DNA from: the human T2T-CHM13v2.0 reference genome, Homo sapiens
Assembly (NCBI RefSeq): GCF_009914755.1
Contig: NC_060943.1
Direction: 5' to 3' (one strand)
Length of the DNA: 64,000 nucleotides
A model generated the notes under the pieces. That model saw only the letters and a program-made list of their open reading frames with translations. It made no database searches and was not told the origin of the DNA. Below, piece by piece: positions 26,701 through 40,200 of the stretch (the first letter of the stretch is position 1; every line of letters starts with the position of its first letter). The position numbers were made by a program, and so were the translations under genes.

Positions 26701-29700
26701 CTAGACAGAATGATTCTCAGAAACTCCTTTGTGATGTGTGCGTTCAACTCACAGAGTTTAACCTTTCTTTTCATAGAGCAGTTAGGAAACACTCTGTTTG
26801 TAAAGTCTGCAAGTGGATATTCAGACCTCTTTGAGGCCTTCGTTGGAAACGGGATTTCTTCATATTATGCTAGACAGAAGAATTCTCAGTAACTTCCTTG
26901 TGTTGTGTGTATTCAACTCACAGAGTTGAACGATCCTTTACACAGAGCAGACTTGAAACACTCTTTTTGTGGAAATTGCAAGTGGAGATTTCAGCCGCTT
27001 TGAGGTCAATGGTAGAAAAGGAAATATCTTCGTATAAAAACTAGACAGAATGATTCTCTGAAACTCCTTTGTGATGTGTGCGTTCAACTCACAGAGTTTA
27101 ACCTTTCTTTTCATAGAGCAGTTAGGAAACACTCTGTTTGTAAAGTCTGCAAGTGGATATTCAGACCTCCTTGAGGCCTTCGTTGGAAACGGGATTTCTT
27201 CATATTATGCTAGACAGAAGAATTGTCAGTAACTTCCTTGTGTTGTGTGTATTCAACTCACAGAGTTGAACGATCCTTTACACAGAGCAGACTTGAAACA
27301 CTCTTTTTGTGGAATTTGCAAGTGGAGATTTCAGCCGCTTTGAGGTCAATGGTAGAATAGGAAATATCTTCCTATAGAAACTAGACAGAATGATTCTGAG
27401 AAACTCCTTTGTGATGTGTGCGTTCAACTCACAGAGTTTAACCTTTCTTTTCATAGAGCAGTTAGGAAACACTCTGTTTGTAAAGTCTGCAAGTGGATAT
27501 TCAGATCTCCTTGAGGCCTTCGTTGGAAACGGGATTTCTTCATATTATGCTAGACAGAAGAATTCTCAGTAACTTCCTTGTGTTGTGTGTATTCAACTCA
27601 CAGAGTTGAACGATGATTTACACAGAGCAGACTTGAAACACTCTTTTTGTGGAATTTGCAACTGGAGATTTCAGCCGCTTTGAGGTCAATGGTAGAATAG
27701 GAAATATCTTCCTATAGAAACTAGACAGAATGATTCTCAGAAACTCCTTTGTGATGTGTGCGTTCAACTCACAGAGTTTAACATTTCTTTTCATAGAGCA
27801 GTTAGGAAACACTCTGTTTGTAAAGTCTGCAAGTGGATATTCAGACATCTTTGAGGCCTTCGTTGGAAACGGGATTTCTTCATGTTCTGCTAGACAGAAG
27901 AATTCTCAGAAACTTCCTTGTGTTGTGTGTTTTCAACTCACAGAGTTGAACGATGCTTTACACAGAGTAGACTTGAAACACTCTTTTTGTGTAATTTGCA
28001 AGTGGAGATTTCAGCCGCTTTGAGGTCAATTCTAGAAAAGGAAATAGCTTCGTATAAAAACTAGACAGAATGATTCTCAGAAACTCCTTTGTGATGTGTG
28101 CGTTCAACTCACAGAGTTTAACCTTTCTTTTCATAGAGCAGTTAGGAAACACTCTGTTTGTAAAGTCTGCAAGTGGATATTCAGACCTCTTTGAGGCCTT
28201 CTTTGGAAACGGGATTTCTTCATATTCTGCTAGAGAGAAGAATTCTCAGTAACTTCATTGTGTTGTGTGTATTCAACTCACAGATTTCAACGATCCTTTA
28301 CACAGAGCAGACTTGAAACACTCTTTTTCTGGAATTTGCAAGTGTAGATTTCAGCCGCTTTGAGGTCAATGGTAGAATAGGAAATATCTTCCTATAGAAA
28401 CTAGACAGAATGATTCTCAGAAACTCCTTTGTGATGTGTGCGTTCAACTCACAGAGTTTAACCTTTCTTTTCATAGAGCAGTTAGGAAACACTCTGTTTG
28501 TAAAGTCTGCAAGTGGATATTCAGACATCTTTGAGGCTTTCGTTGGAAACGGGATTTCTTCATATTCTGCTAGACAGAAGAATTCTCAGAAACTTCGTTG
28601 TGTTGCGTGTTCTCAACTCACAGAGTTCAACGATCCTTCACACAGAGTAGACTTGAAACACTCTTTTTGTGGAATTGGCAGGGTGGAGATTTCAGCCGCT
28701 TTGAGGTCAATGGTAGAAAAGGAAATATCTTCGTATAAAAACTAGACAGAGTGATTCTCAGAAACTCCTTTGTGATGTCTGCGTTCAACTCACAGAGTTT
28801 AACCTTTCTTTTCATAGAGCAGTTAGGACACACTCTGTTTGTAAAGTCTGCAAGTGGATATTCAGACATCTTTGAGGCCTTCGTTGGAAACGGGATTTCT
28901 TCATGTTCTGCTAGACAGAAGAATTCTCAGAAACTTCCTTGTGTTGTGTGTTTTCAACTCACAGAGTTGAACGATGCTTTACACAGAGTAGACTTGAAAC
29001 ACTCTTTTTGTGTAATTTGCAAGTGGAGATTTCAGCCGCTTTGAGGTCAATTCTAGAAAAGGAAATATCTTCGTATAAAAACTAGACAGAATGATTCTCA
29101 GAAACTCCTTTGTGATGTGTGCATTCAACTCACAGAGTTTAACCTTTCTTTTCATAGAGCAGTTAGGAAACACTCTGTTTGTAAAGTCTGCAAGTGGATA
29201 TTCAGACCTCCTTGAGTCCTTCGTTGGAAAAGGGATTTCTTCATATTCTGCTATACAGAAGAATTCTCAGAAACTTCCTTGTGTTGTGTGTATTCAACTC
29301 AAAGAGTTGAACGATCGTTTACACAGAGCAGACTTGAGACACTCTTTTTGTGGAATTTGTAAGTGGAGATTTCAGCCGCTTTGAGGTCAATGGTAGAAAA
29401 GGAAATATCTTCATATAAAAACTAGACAGAATGATTCTCAGAAACTCCTTTGTGATGTGTGCGTTCAACTCACAGAGTTTAACCTTTCTTTTCATAGAGC
29501 AGTTAGGAAACACTCTGTTTGTAAAGTCTGCAAGTGGATATTCAGACCTCTTTGAGGCCTTCGTTGGAAACGGGATTTCTTCATATTATGCTAGACAGAA
29601 GAATTCTCAGTAACTTCCTTGTGTTGTGTGTATTCAACTCACAGAGTTGAACGATCCTTTACACAGAGCAGACTTGAAACACTCTTTTTGTGGAAATTGC

Positions 29701-29960
29701 AAGTGGAGATTTCAGCCGCTTTGAGGTCAATTCTAGAAAAGGAAATATCTTCGTATAAAAACTAGACAGAATGATTCTCAGAAACTACTTTGCGATGTGT
29801 GCGTTCAACTCACAGAGTTTAACCTTTCTTTTCATAGAGCAGTTAGGAAACACTCTGTTTGTAAAGTCTGCAAGTGGATATTCAGACCTCCTTGAGGCCT
29901 TCGTTGGAAACTGGATTTCTTCATATTATGCTAGACAGAAGAATTGTCAGTAACTTCCTT
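23760..29960 (+). repeat. About 2.3 tandem copies of a 2721-bp unit (8 dimers plus 1 bp; 16-mer)
   Basis: Marker series 23649/26370/29091, 25009/27730, 25349/28070, 25689/28410, 26030/28751 with shared GGACACAC, GAAATTGC, CAGATCTCC and CTCAAAGAG. Confidence 0.92.
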
Positions 29961-31749
29961 GTGTTGTGTGTATTCAACTCACAGAGTTGAACGATCCTTT
30001 ACACAGAGCAGACTTGAAACACTCTTTTTGTGGAATTTGCAAGTGTAGTTTTCAGCCGCTTTGAGGTCAATGGTAGAATAGGAAATATCTTCCTATAGAA
30101 ACTAGACAGAATGATTCTCAGAAACTCCTTTGTGATGTGTGCGTTCAACTCACAGAGTTTAACCTTTCTTTTCATAGAGCAGTTAGGAAACACTCTGTTT
30201 GTAAAGTCTGCAAGTGGATATTCAGACATCTTTGAGGCTTTCGTTGGAAACGGGATTTCTTCATATTATGCTAGACAGAAGAATTCTCAGAAACTTCGTT
30301 GTGTTGCGTGTTCTCAACTCACAGAGTTCAACGATCCTTCACACAGAGTAGACTTGAAACACTCTTTTTGTGGAATTGGCAGTGTGGAGATTTCAGCCGC
30401 TTTGAGGTCAATGGTAGAAAAGGAAATATCTTCGTATAAAAACTAGACAGAGTGATTCTCAGAAACTCCTTTGTGATGTCTGCGTTCAACTCACAGAGTT
30501 TAACCTTTCTTTTCATAGAGCAGTTAGGAAACACTCTGTTTGTAAAGTCTGCAAGTGGATATTCAGACCTCCTTGAGGCCTTCGTTGGAAACGGGATTTC
30601 TTCATGTTCTGCTATACAGAAGAATTCTCAGAAACTTCCTTGTGTTGTGTGTATTCAACTCACAGAGTTGAACGATCGTTTACACAGAGCAGACTTGAGA
30701 CACTCTTTTTGTGGAATTTGTAAGTGGAGATTTCAGCCGCTTTGAGGTCAATGGTAGAAAAGGAAATATCTTCATATAAAAACTAGACAGAATGATTCTC
30801 AGAAACTCCTTTGTGATGTGTGCGTTCAACTCACAGAGTTTAACCTTTCTTTTCATAGAGCAGTTAGGAAACACTCTGTTTGTAAAGTCTGCAAGTGGAT
30901 ATTCAGACCTCCTTGAGGCCTTCGTTGGAAACGGGATTTCTTCATATTTTGCTAGACAGAAGAATTGTCAGTAACTTCCTTGTGTTGTGTGTATTCAACT
31001 CACAGAGTTGAACGATCCTTTACACAGAGCAGACTTGAAACACTCTTTTTGTGGAATTTGCAAGTGGAGATTTCAGCCGCTTTGAGGTCAATGGTAGAAT
31101 AGGAAATATCTTCCTATAGAAACTAGACAGAATGATTCTGAGAAACTCCTTTGTGATGTGTGCGTTCAACTCACAGAGTTTAACCTTTCTTTTCATAGAG
31201 CAGTTAGGAAACACTCTGTTTGTAAAGTCTGCAAGTGGATATTCAGATCTCCTTGAGGCCTTCGTTGGAAACGGGATTTCTTCATATTATGCTAGACAGA
31301 AGAATTCTCAGTAACTTCCTTGTGTTGTGTGTATTCAACTAACAGAGTTGAACGATGATTTACACAGAGCAGACTTGAAACACTCTTTTTGTGGAATTTG
31401 CAACTGGAGATTTCAGCCGCTTTGTGGTCAATGGTAGAATAGGAAATATCTTCCTATAGAAACTAGACAGAATGATTCTCAGAAACTCCTTTGTGATGTG
31501 TGCGTTCAACTCACAGAGTTTAACCTTTCTTTTCATAGAGCAGTTAGGAAACACTCTGTTTGTAAAGTCTGCAAGTGGATATTCAGACATCTTTGAGGCC
31601 TTCGTTGGAAACGGGATTTCTTCATGTTCTGCTAGACAGAAGAATTCTCAGAAACTTCCTTGTGTTGTGTGTTTTCAACTCACAGAGTTGAACGATGCTT
31701 TACACAGAGTAGACTTGAAACACTCTTTTTGTGTAATTTGCAAGTGGAG

Positions 31750-34700
31750 ATTTCAGCCGCTTTGAGGTCAATGGTAGAAAAGGAAATATCTTCATATAAA
31801 AACTAGACAGAATGATTCTCAGAAACTCCTTTGTGATGTGTGCGTTCAACTCACAGAGTTTAACCTTTCTTTTCATAGAGCAGTTAGGAAACACTCTGTT
31901 TGTAAAGTCTGCAAGTGGATATTCAGACCTCTTTGAGACCTTCGTTGGAAACGGGATTTCTTCATATTATGCTAGACAGAAGAATTCTCAGTAACTTCCT
32001 TGTGTTGTGTGTATTCAACTCACAGAGTTGAACGATCCTTTACACAGAGCAGACTTGAAACACTCTTTTTGTGGAATTTGCAAGTGGAGATTTCAGCCGC
32101 TTTGAGGTCAATGGTAGAAAAGGAAATATCTTCGTATAAAAACTAGACAGAATGATTCTCAGAAACTCCTTTGTGATGTGTGCATTCAACTCACAGAGTT
32201 TAACCTTTCTTTTCACAGAGCAGTTAGGAAACACTCTCTTTGTAAAGTCTGCAATTGGATATTCAGACCTCCTTGAGGCCTTCGTTGGAAACGGGATTTC
32301 TTCATATTATGCTACACAGAAGAATTCTCAGTAACTTCTTTGTGTTGTGTGTATTCAACTCACAGAGTTGAACGATCCTTTACACAGAGCAGAGTTGAAA
32401 CACTCTTTTTGTGGAATTTGCAAGTGGAGATTTCAGCCGCTTTGAGGTCAATGGTAGAATAGGAAATATCTTCCTATAGAAAGTAGACAGAAGGATTCTG
32501 AGAAACTCCTTTGTGATGTGTGCGTTCAACTCACAGAGTTTAACCTTTCTTTTCATAGAGCAGTTAGGAAACACTCTGTTTGTAAAGTCTGCAAGTGGAT
32601 ATTCAGACCTCCTTGAGGCCTTCGTTGGAAACAGGATTTCTTCATATTATGCTAGACAGAAGAATTCTCAGTAACTTCCTTGTGTTGTGTGTATTCAACT
32701 CACAGAGTTGAACGATCCTTTACACAGAGCAGACTTGAAACACTCTTTTTGTGGAATTTGCAAGTGGAGATTTCAGCCGCTTTGAGTTCAATGGTAGAAT
32801 AGGAAATATCTTCCTATAGAAACTAGACAGAATGATTCTCAGAAACTCCTTTGTGATGTGTGCGTTCAACTCACAGAGTTCAACCTTTCTTTTCATAGAG
32901 TAGTTGGGAAACACTCTGTTTGTAAAGTCTGCAAGTGGATATTCAGACTTCTTTGAGGCCTTCGTTGGAAGCGGGATTTCTTCATATTCTGCTAGACAGA
33001 AGAATTCTCATTAACTTCCTTGTGTTGTGTGTATTCAACTCACAGAGTTGAACGATCCTTTACACAGAGCAGACTTGAAACACTCTTTTTGTGGAATTTG
33101 CAAGTGGAGATTTCAGCCGCTTTGAGGTCAATGGTAGAATAGGAAATATCTTCCTATAGCAACTAGACAGAATGATTCTCAGAAACTCCTTTGTGATGTG
33201 TGCGTTCAACTCACAGTGTTTAACCTTTCTTTTCATAGAGCAGTTAGGAAACACTCTGTTTGTAAAGTCTGCAAGTGGATATTCAGACATCCTTGAGGCT
33301 TTCGTTGGAAACGGGATTTCTTCATATTCTGCTAGAAAGAAGAATTCTCAGTAACTTCCTTGTGTTGTGTGTATTCAACTCACAGAGTTGAATGATCCTT
33401 TACACAGAACAGTCTTGAAACACTCTTTTTGTGGAATTTGCAAGTGGAGATTTCAGCCGCTTTGAGGTCAATGGTAGAATAGGAAATATCTTCCTATAGA
33501 AACTAGACAGAATGATTCTCAGAAACTCCTTTGTGATGTGTGCGTTCAACTCACAGAGTTTATCCTTTCTTTTCATAGAGCAGTTAGGAAACACTCTGTT
33601 TGTAAAGTCTGCAAGTGGATATTCAGACATCTTTGAGGCTTTCGTTGGAAACGGGATTTCTTCATATTCTGCTAGACAGAAGAATTCTCAGAAACTTCGT
33701 TGTGTTGTGTGTTTTCAACTCACAGAGTTCAACGATCCTTTACACAGAGTAGACTTGAAACACTCTTTTTGTGGAATTGGCAGGGTGGAGATTTCAGCCG
33801 CTTTGAGGTCAATTTTAGAAAAGGAAATATCTTCGTATAAAAACTAGACAGAGTGATTCTCAGAAACTCCTTTGTGATGTGTGCGTTCAACTCACAGAGT
33901 TTAACCTTTCTTTTCATAGAGCAGTTAGGAAACACTCTGTTTGTAAAGTCTGCAAGTGGATATTCAGACCTCCTTGAGGCCTTCGTTGGAAACGGGATTT
34001 CTTCATATTCTGCTATACAGAAGAATTCTCAGAAACTTCCTTGTGTTGTGTGTATTCAACTCACAGAGTTGAACGATCGTTTACACAGAGCAGACTTGAG
34101 ACACTCTTTTTGTGGAATTTGTAAGTGGAGATTTCAGCCGCTTTGAGGTCAATGGTAGAAAAGGAAATATCTTCATATAAAAACTAGAGAGAATGATTCT
34201 CAGAAACTCCTTTGTGATGTGTGCGTTCAACTCACAGAGTTTAACCTTTCTTTTCATAGAGCAGTTAGGAAACACTCTGTTTGTAAAGTCTGCAAGTGGA
34301 TATTCAGACCTCTTTGAGACCTTCGTTGGAAACGGGATTTCTTCATATTATGCTAGACAGAAGAATTCTCAGTAACTTCCTTGTGTTGTGTGTATTCAAC
34401 TCACAGAGTTGAACGATCCTTTACACAGAGCAGACTTGAAACACTCTTTTTGTGGAATTTGCAAGTGGAGATTTCAGCCGCTTTGGGGTCAATGGTAGAA
34501 AAGGAAATATCTTCGTATAAAAACTAGACAGAATGATTCTCAGAAACTCCTTTGTGATGTGTGCATTCAACTCACAGAGTTTAACCTTTCTTTTCATAGA
34601 GCAGTTAGGAAACACTCTGTTTGTAAAGTCTGCAAGTGGATATTCAGACCTCCTTGAGGCCTTCGTTGGAAACGGGATTTCTTCATATTATGCTAGACAG

Positions 34701-37270
34701 AAGAATTCTCAGTAACTTCCTTGTGTTGTGTGTATTCAACTCACAGAGTTGAACGATCCTTTACACAGAGCAGACTTGAAACACTCTTTTTGTGGAATTT
34801 GCAAGTGGAGATTTCAGCCGCTTTGAGGTCAATGGTAGAATAGGAAATATCTTTCTATAGAAACTAGACAGAATGATTTTGAGAAACTCCTTTGTGATGT
34901 GTGCGTTCAACTCACAGAGTTTAACCTTTCTTTTCATAGAGCAGTTAGGAAACACTCTGTTTGTAAAGTCTGCAAGTGGATATTCAGACCTCCTTGAGGC
35001 CTTCGTTGGAAACGGGATTTCTTCATATTAGGCTAGACAGAAGAATTCTCAGTAACTTCCTTGTGTTGTGTGTATTCAACTCACAGGGTTGAACGATCAT
35101 TTACACAGAGCAGACTTGAAACACTCTTTTTGTGGAATTTGCAAGTGGAGATTTCAGCCGCTTTGAGTTCAATGGTAGAATAGGAAATATCTTCCTATAG
35201 AAACTACACAGAATGATTCTCAGAAACTCCTTTGTGATGTGTGCGTTCAACTCACAGAGTTCAACCTTTCTTTTCATAGAGCAGTTGGGAAACACTCTGT
35301 TTTTAAAGTCTGCAAATGGATATTCAGACTTCTTTGAGGCCTTCGTTGGAAGCGGGATTTCTTCATATTCTGCTAGACAGAAGAATTCTCAGTAACTTCC
35401 TTGTGTTGTGTGTATTCAACTCACAGAGTTGAATGATCCTTTACACAGAACAGACTTGAAACACTCTTGTTGTGGAATTTGCAAGTGGAGATTTCAGCCG
35501 CTTTGAGGTCAACGGTAGAATAGGAAATATCTTCCTATAGAAACTAGACAGAATGATTCTCAGAAACTCCTTTGTGATGTGTGCGTTCAACTCACAGAGT
35601 TTAACCTTTCTTTTCATAGAGCAGTTAGGAAACACTCTGTTTGTAAAGTCTGCAAGTGGATATTCAGACATCCTTGAGGCTTTCGTTGGAAACGGGATTT
35701 CTTCATATTCTGCTAGAAAGAAGAATTCTCAGTAACTTCCTTGTGTTGTGTGTATTCAACTCACAGAGTTGAATGATCCTTTACACAGAACAGTCTTGAA
35801 ACACTCTTTTTGTGGAATTTGCAAGTGGAGATTTCAGCCGCTTTGAGGTCAATGGTAGAATAGGAAATATCTTCCTATAGAAACTAGACAGAATGATTCT
35901 CAGAAACTCCTTTGTGATGTGTGCGTTCAACTCACAGAGTTTATCCTTTCTTTTCATAGAGCAGTTAGGAAACACTCTGTTTGTAAAGTCTGCAAGTGGA
36001 TATTCAGACATCTTTGAGGCTTTCGTTGGAAACGGGATTTCTTCATATTCTGCTAGACAGAAGAATTCTCAGAAACTTCGTTGTGTTGTGTGTTTTCAAC
36101 TCACAGAGTTCAACGATCCTTTACACAGAGTAGACTTGAAACACTCTTTTTGTGGAATTGGCAGGGTGGAGATTTCAGCCGCTTTGAGGTCAATGGTAGA
36201 AAAGGAAATATCTTCGTATAAAAACTAGACAGAGTGATTCTCAGAAACTCCTTTGTGATGTTTGCGTTCAACTCACAGAGTTTAACCTTTCTTTTCATAG
36301 AGCAGTTAGGAAACACTCTGTTTGTAAAGTCTGCAAGTGGATATTCAGACCTCCTTGTGGCCTTCGTTGGAAACGGGATTTCTTCATATTCTGCTATACA
36401 GAAGAATTCTCAGAAACTTCCTTGTGTTGTGTGTATTCAACTCACAGAGTTGAACGATCGTTTACACAGAGCAGACTTGAGACACTCTTTTTGTGGAATT
36501 TGTAAGTGGAGATTTCAGCCGCTTTGAGGTCAATGGTAGAAAAGGAAATATCTTCATATAAAAACTAGACAGAATGATTCTCAGAAACTCCTTTGTGATG
36601 TGTGCGTTCAACTCACAGAGTTTAACCTTTCTTTTCATAGAGCAGTTAGGAAACACTCTGTTTGTAAAGTCTGCAAGTGGATATTCAGACCTCTTTGAGA
36701 CCTTCGTTGGAAACGGGATTTCTTCATATTATGCTAGACAGAAGAATTCTCAGTAACTTCCTTGTGTTGTGTGTATTCAACTCACAGAGTTGAATGATCG
36801 TTTACACAGAGCAGACTTGAAACACTCTTTTTGTGGAATTTGCAAGTGGAGATTTCAGCCGCTTTGAGGTCAATGGTAGAAAAGGAAATATCTTCGTATA
36901 AAAACTAGACAGAATGATTCTCAGAAACACTTTGTGATGTGTGCATTCAACTCACAGAGTTTAACCTTTCTTTTCACAGAGCAGCTGGAAACACTCTGTT
37001 TGTAAAGTCTGCAAATGGATATTCAGACCTCCTTGAGGCCTTCGTTGGAAACGGGATTTCTTCATATTATGCTAGACAGAAGAATTCTCAGTAACTTCCT
37101 TGTGTTGTGTGTATTCAACTCACAGAGTTGAACGATCCTTTACACAGAGCAGACTTGAAACACTCTTTTTGTGGAATTTGCAAGTGGAGATTTCAGCCGC
37201 TTTGAGGTCAATGGTAGAATAGGAAATATCTTTCTATAGAAACTAGACAGAATGATTCTGAGAAACTCCT
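31750..37270 (+). repeat. About 2.3 tandem copies of a 2381-bp unit (7 dimers plus 1 bp; 14-mer), more diverged
   Basis: TTTGAGACC marker in dimers 31812/34193/36574; GTTTATCC marker and +1 variant in 33512/35893; also 33853/36234. Confidence 0.85.
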
Positions 37271-40200
37271 TTGTGATGTGTGCGTTCAACTCACAGAGTT
37301 CAACCATTCTTTTCATAGAGCAGTTGGGAAACACTCTGTTTGTAAAGTCTGCAAGTGGATATTCAGACTTCTTTGAGGCCTTCGTTGGAAGCGGGATTTC
37401 TTCATATTCTGCTAGACAGAAGAATTCTCAGTAACTTCCTTGTGTTGTGTGTATTCAACTCACAGAGTTGAATGATCCTTTACACAGAACAGACTTGAAA
37501 CACTCTTGTTGTGGAATTTGCAAGTGGAGATTTCAGCCGCTTTGAGGTCAACGGTAGAATAGGAAATATCTTCCTATAGAAACTAGACAGAATGATTCTC
37601 AGAAACTCCTTTGTGATGTGTGCGTTCAACTCACAGAGTTTAACCTTTCTTTTCATAGAGCAGTTAGGAAACACTCTGTTTGTAAAGTCTGCAAGTGGAT
37701 ATTCAGACCTCCTTGAGGCCTTCGTTGGAAACGGGATTTCTTCATATTATGCTAGACAGAAGAATTCTCAGTAACTTCCTTGTGTTGTGTGTATTCAACT
37801 CACAGAGTTGAATGATCCTTTACACAGAGCAGACTTGAAACACTCTTTTTGTGGAATTTGCAAGTGGAGATTACAGCCGCTTTGAGGTCAATGGTAGAAT
37901 AGGAAATATCTTCCTATAGAAACTAGACAGAATGATTCTAAGAAACTCCTTTGAGATGTGTGCGTTCAACTCACAGAGTTTAACCTTTCTTTTCATAGAG
38001 CAGTTAGGAAACACTCTGTTTGTAAAGTCTGCAAGTGGATATTCGGACCTCTTTGAGGCCTTCGTTGGAAACGGGATTTCTTCATATTCTGCTAGAGAGA
38101 AGAATTCTCAGTAACTTCATTGTGTTGTCTGTATTCAACTCACAGAGTTCAACGATCTTTTACACAGAGCAGACTTGAAACACTCTTTTTCTGGAATTTG
38201 CAAGTGGAGATTTCAGCCGCTTTGAGGTCAATGGTAGAAAAAGAAATATCTTCCTATAAAAACTAGACAGAATGATTTTCAGAATCTCCTTTGTGATGTG
38301 TGCGTTCAACTCACAGAGTTTAACCTTTCTTTTCATAGAGCAGTTAGGAAACACTCTGTTTGTAAAGTCTGCAAGTGGATATTCAGCCCTCCTTGAGGCC
38401 TTCGTTGGAAACGGGATTTCTTCATATTATGCTAGACAGAAGAATTCTCAGTAACTTCCTTGTAGTGTGTGTATTCAACTCACTGAGTTAAACGATCCTT
38501 TACACAGAGCAGACTTGAAACACTCTTTTTGTGGAATTTGCAAGTGGAGATTTCAGCCGCTTTGAGGTCAATGGTAGAAAAGGAAATATCTTCCTATAGA
38601 AACTAGACAGAATGATTCTCAGAAACTCCTTTGTGATGTGTGCGTTCAACTCACAGAGTTTAACCTTTCTTTTCATAGAGCAGTTAGGAAACACTCTGTT
38701 TGTAAAGTCTGCAAGTGGATATTCAGACATCCTAGAGGCTTTCGTTGGAAACGGGATTTCTTCATATTCTGCTATACAGAAGAATTCTCAGAAACTTCCT
38801 TGTGTTGTGTGTTTTCAACTCACAGAGTTGAACGATGCTTTACACAGAGTAGACTTGAAACACTCTTGTTGTGGAATTTGCAAGTGGAGATTTCAGCCGC
38901 TTTGAGGTCAATGGTAGAATAGGAAATATCTTCCTATAGAAACTAGACAGAATGATTCTCAGAAACTCCTTTGTGATGTGTGCGTTCAACTCACAGAGTT
39001 TAACCTTTCTTTTCATAGAGCAGTTAGGAAACACTCTGTTTGTAAAGTCTGCAAGTGGATATTCAGACCTCCTTGAGGCCTTCGTTGGAAACTGCATTTC
39101 TTCATATTATGCTAGACAGAAGAATTCTCAGTAACTTCTTTGTGTTGTGTGTATTCAACTCACAGAGTTGAACGATGATTTACACAGGGCAGACTTGAAA
39201 CACTCTTTTTGTGGAATTTGCAACTGGAGATTTCAGCCGCTTTGTGGTCAATGGTAGAATAGGAAATATCTTCCTATAGAAACTAGACAGAATGATTCTT
39301 AGAAACTCCTTTGTGATGTGTGCGTTCAACTCACAGAGTTTAACCTTTCTTTTCATAGAGCAGTTAGGAAACACTCTGTTTGTAAAGTCTGCAAGTGGAT
39401 ATTCAGACATCTTTGAGGCTTTCGTTGGAAACAGGATTACTTCATATTCTGCTAGACAGAAGAATTCTCAGAAACTTCGTTGTGTTGTGTGTTTTCAACT
39501 CACAGAGTTCAACGATCCTTTACACAGAGTAGACTTGAAACACTCTTTTTGTGGAATTGGCAGGGTGGAGATTTCAGCCGCTTTGAGGTCAATGGTAGAA
39601 AAGGAAATATCTTCGTATAAAAACTAGACAGAGTGATTCTCAGAAACTCCTTTGTGATGTGTGCGTTCAACTCACAGAGTTTAACCTTTCTTTTCATAGA
39701 GCAGTTAGGAAACACTCTGTTTGTAAAGTCTGCAAGTGGATATTCAGACCTCCTTGAGGCCTTCGTTGGAAACGGGATTTCTTCATATTCTGCTATACAG
39801 AAGAATACTCAGAAACTTCCTAGTGTTGTGTGTATTCAACTCACAGAGTTGAACGATCGTTTACACAGAGCAGACTTGAGACACTCTTTTTGTGGAATTT
39901 GTAAGTGGAGATTTCAGCCGCTTTGAGGTCAATGGTAGAAAAGGAAATATCTTCATATAAAAACTAGACAGAATGATTCTGAGAAACTCCTTTGTGATGT
40001 GTGCGTTCAACTCACAGAGTTTAACCTTTCTTTTCATAGAGCAGTTAGGAAACACTCTGTTTGTAAAGTCTGCAAGTGGATATTCAGACCTCCTTGAGGC
40101 CTTCGTTGGAAACGGGATTTCTTCATATTATGCTAGACAGAAGAACTCTCAGTAACTTCCTTGTGTTGTGTGTATTCAACTCACAGAGTTGAACGATCCT

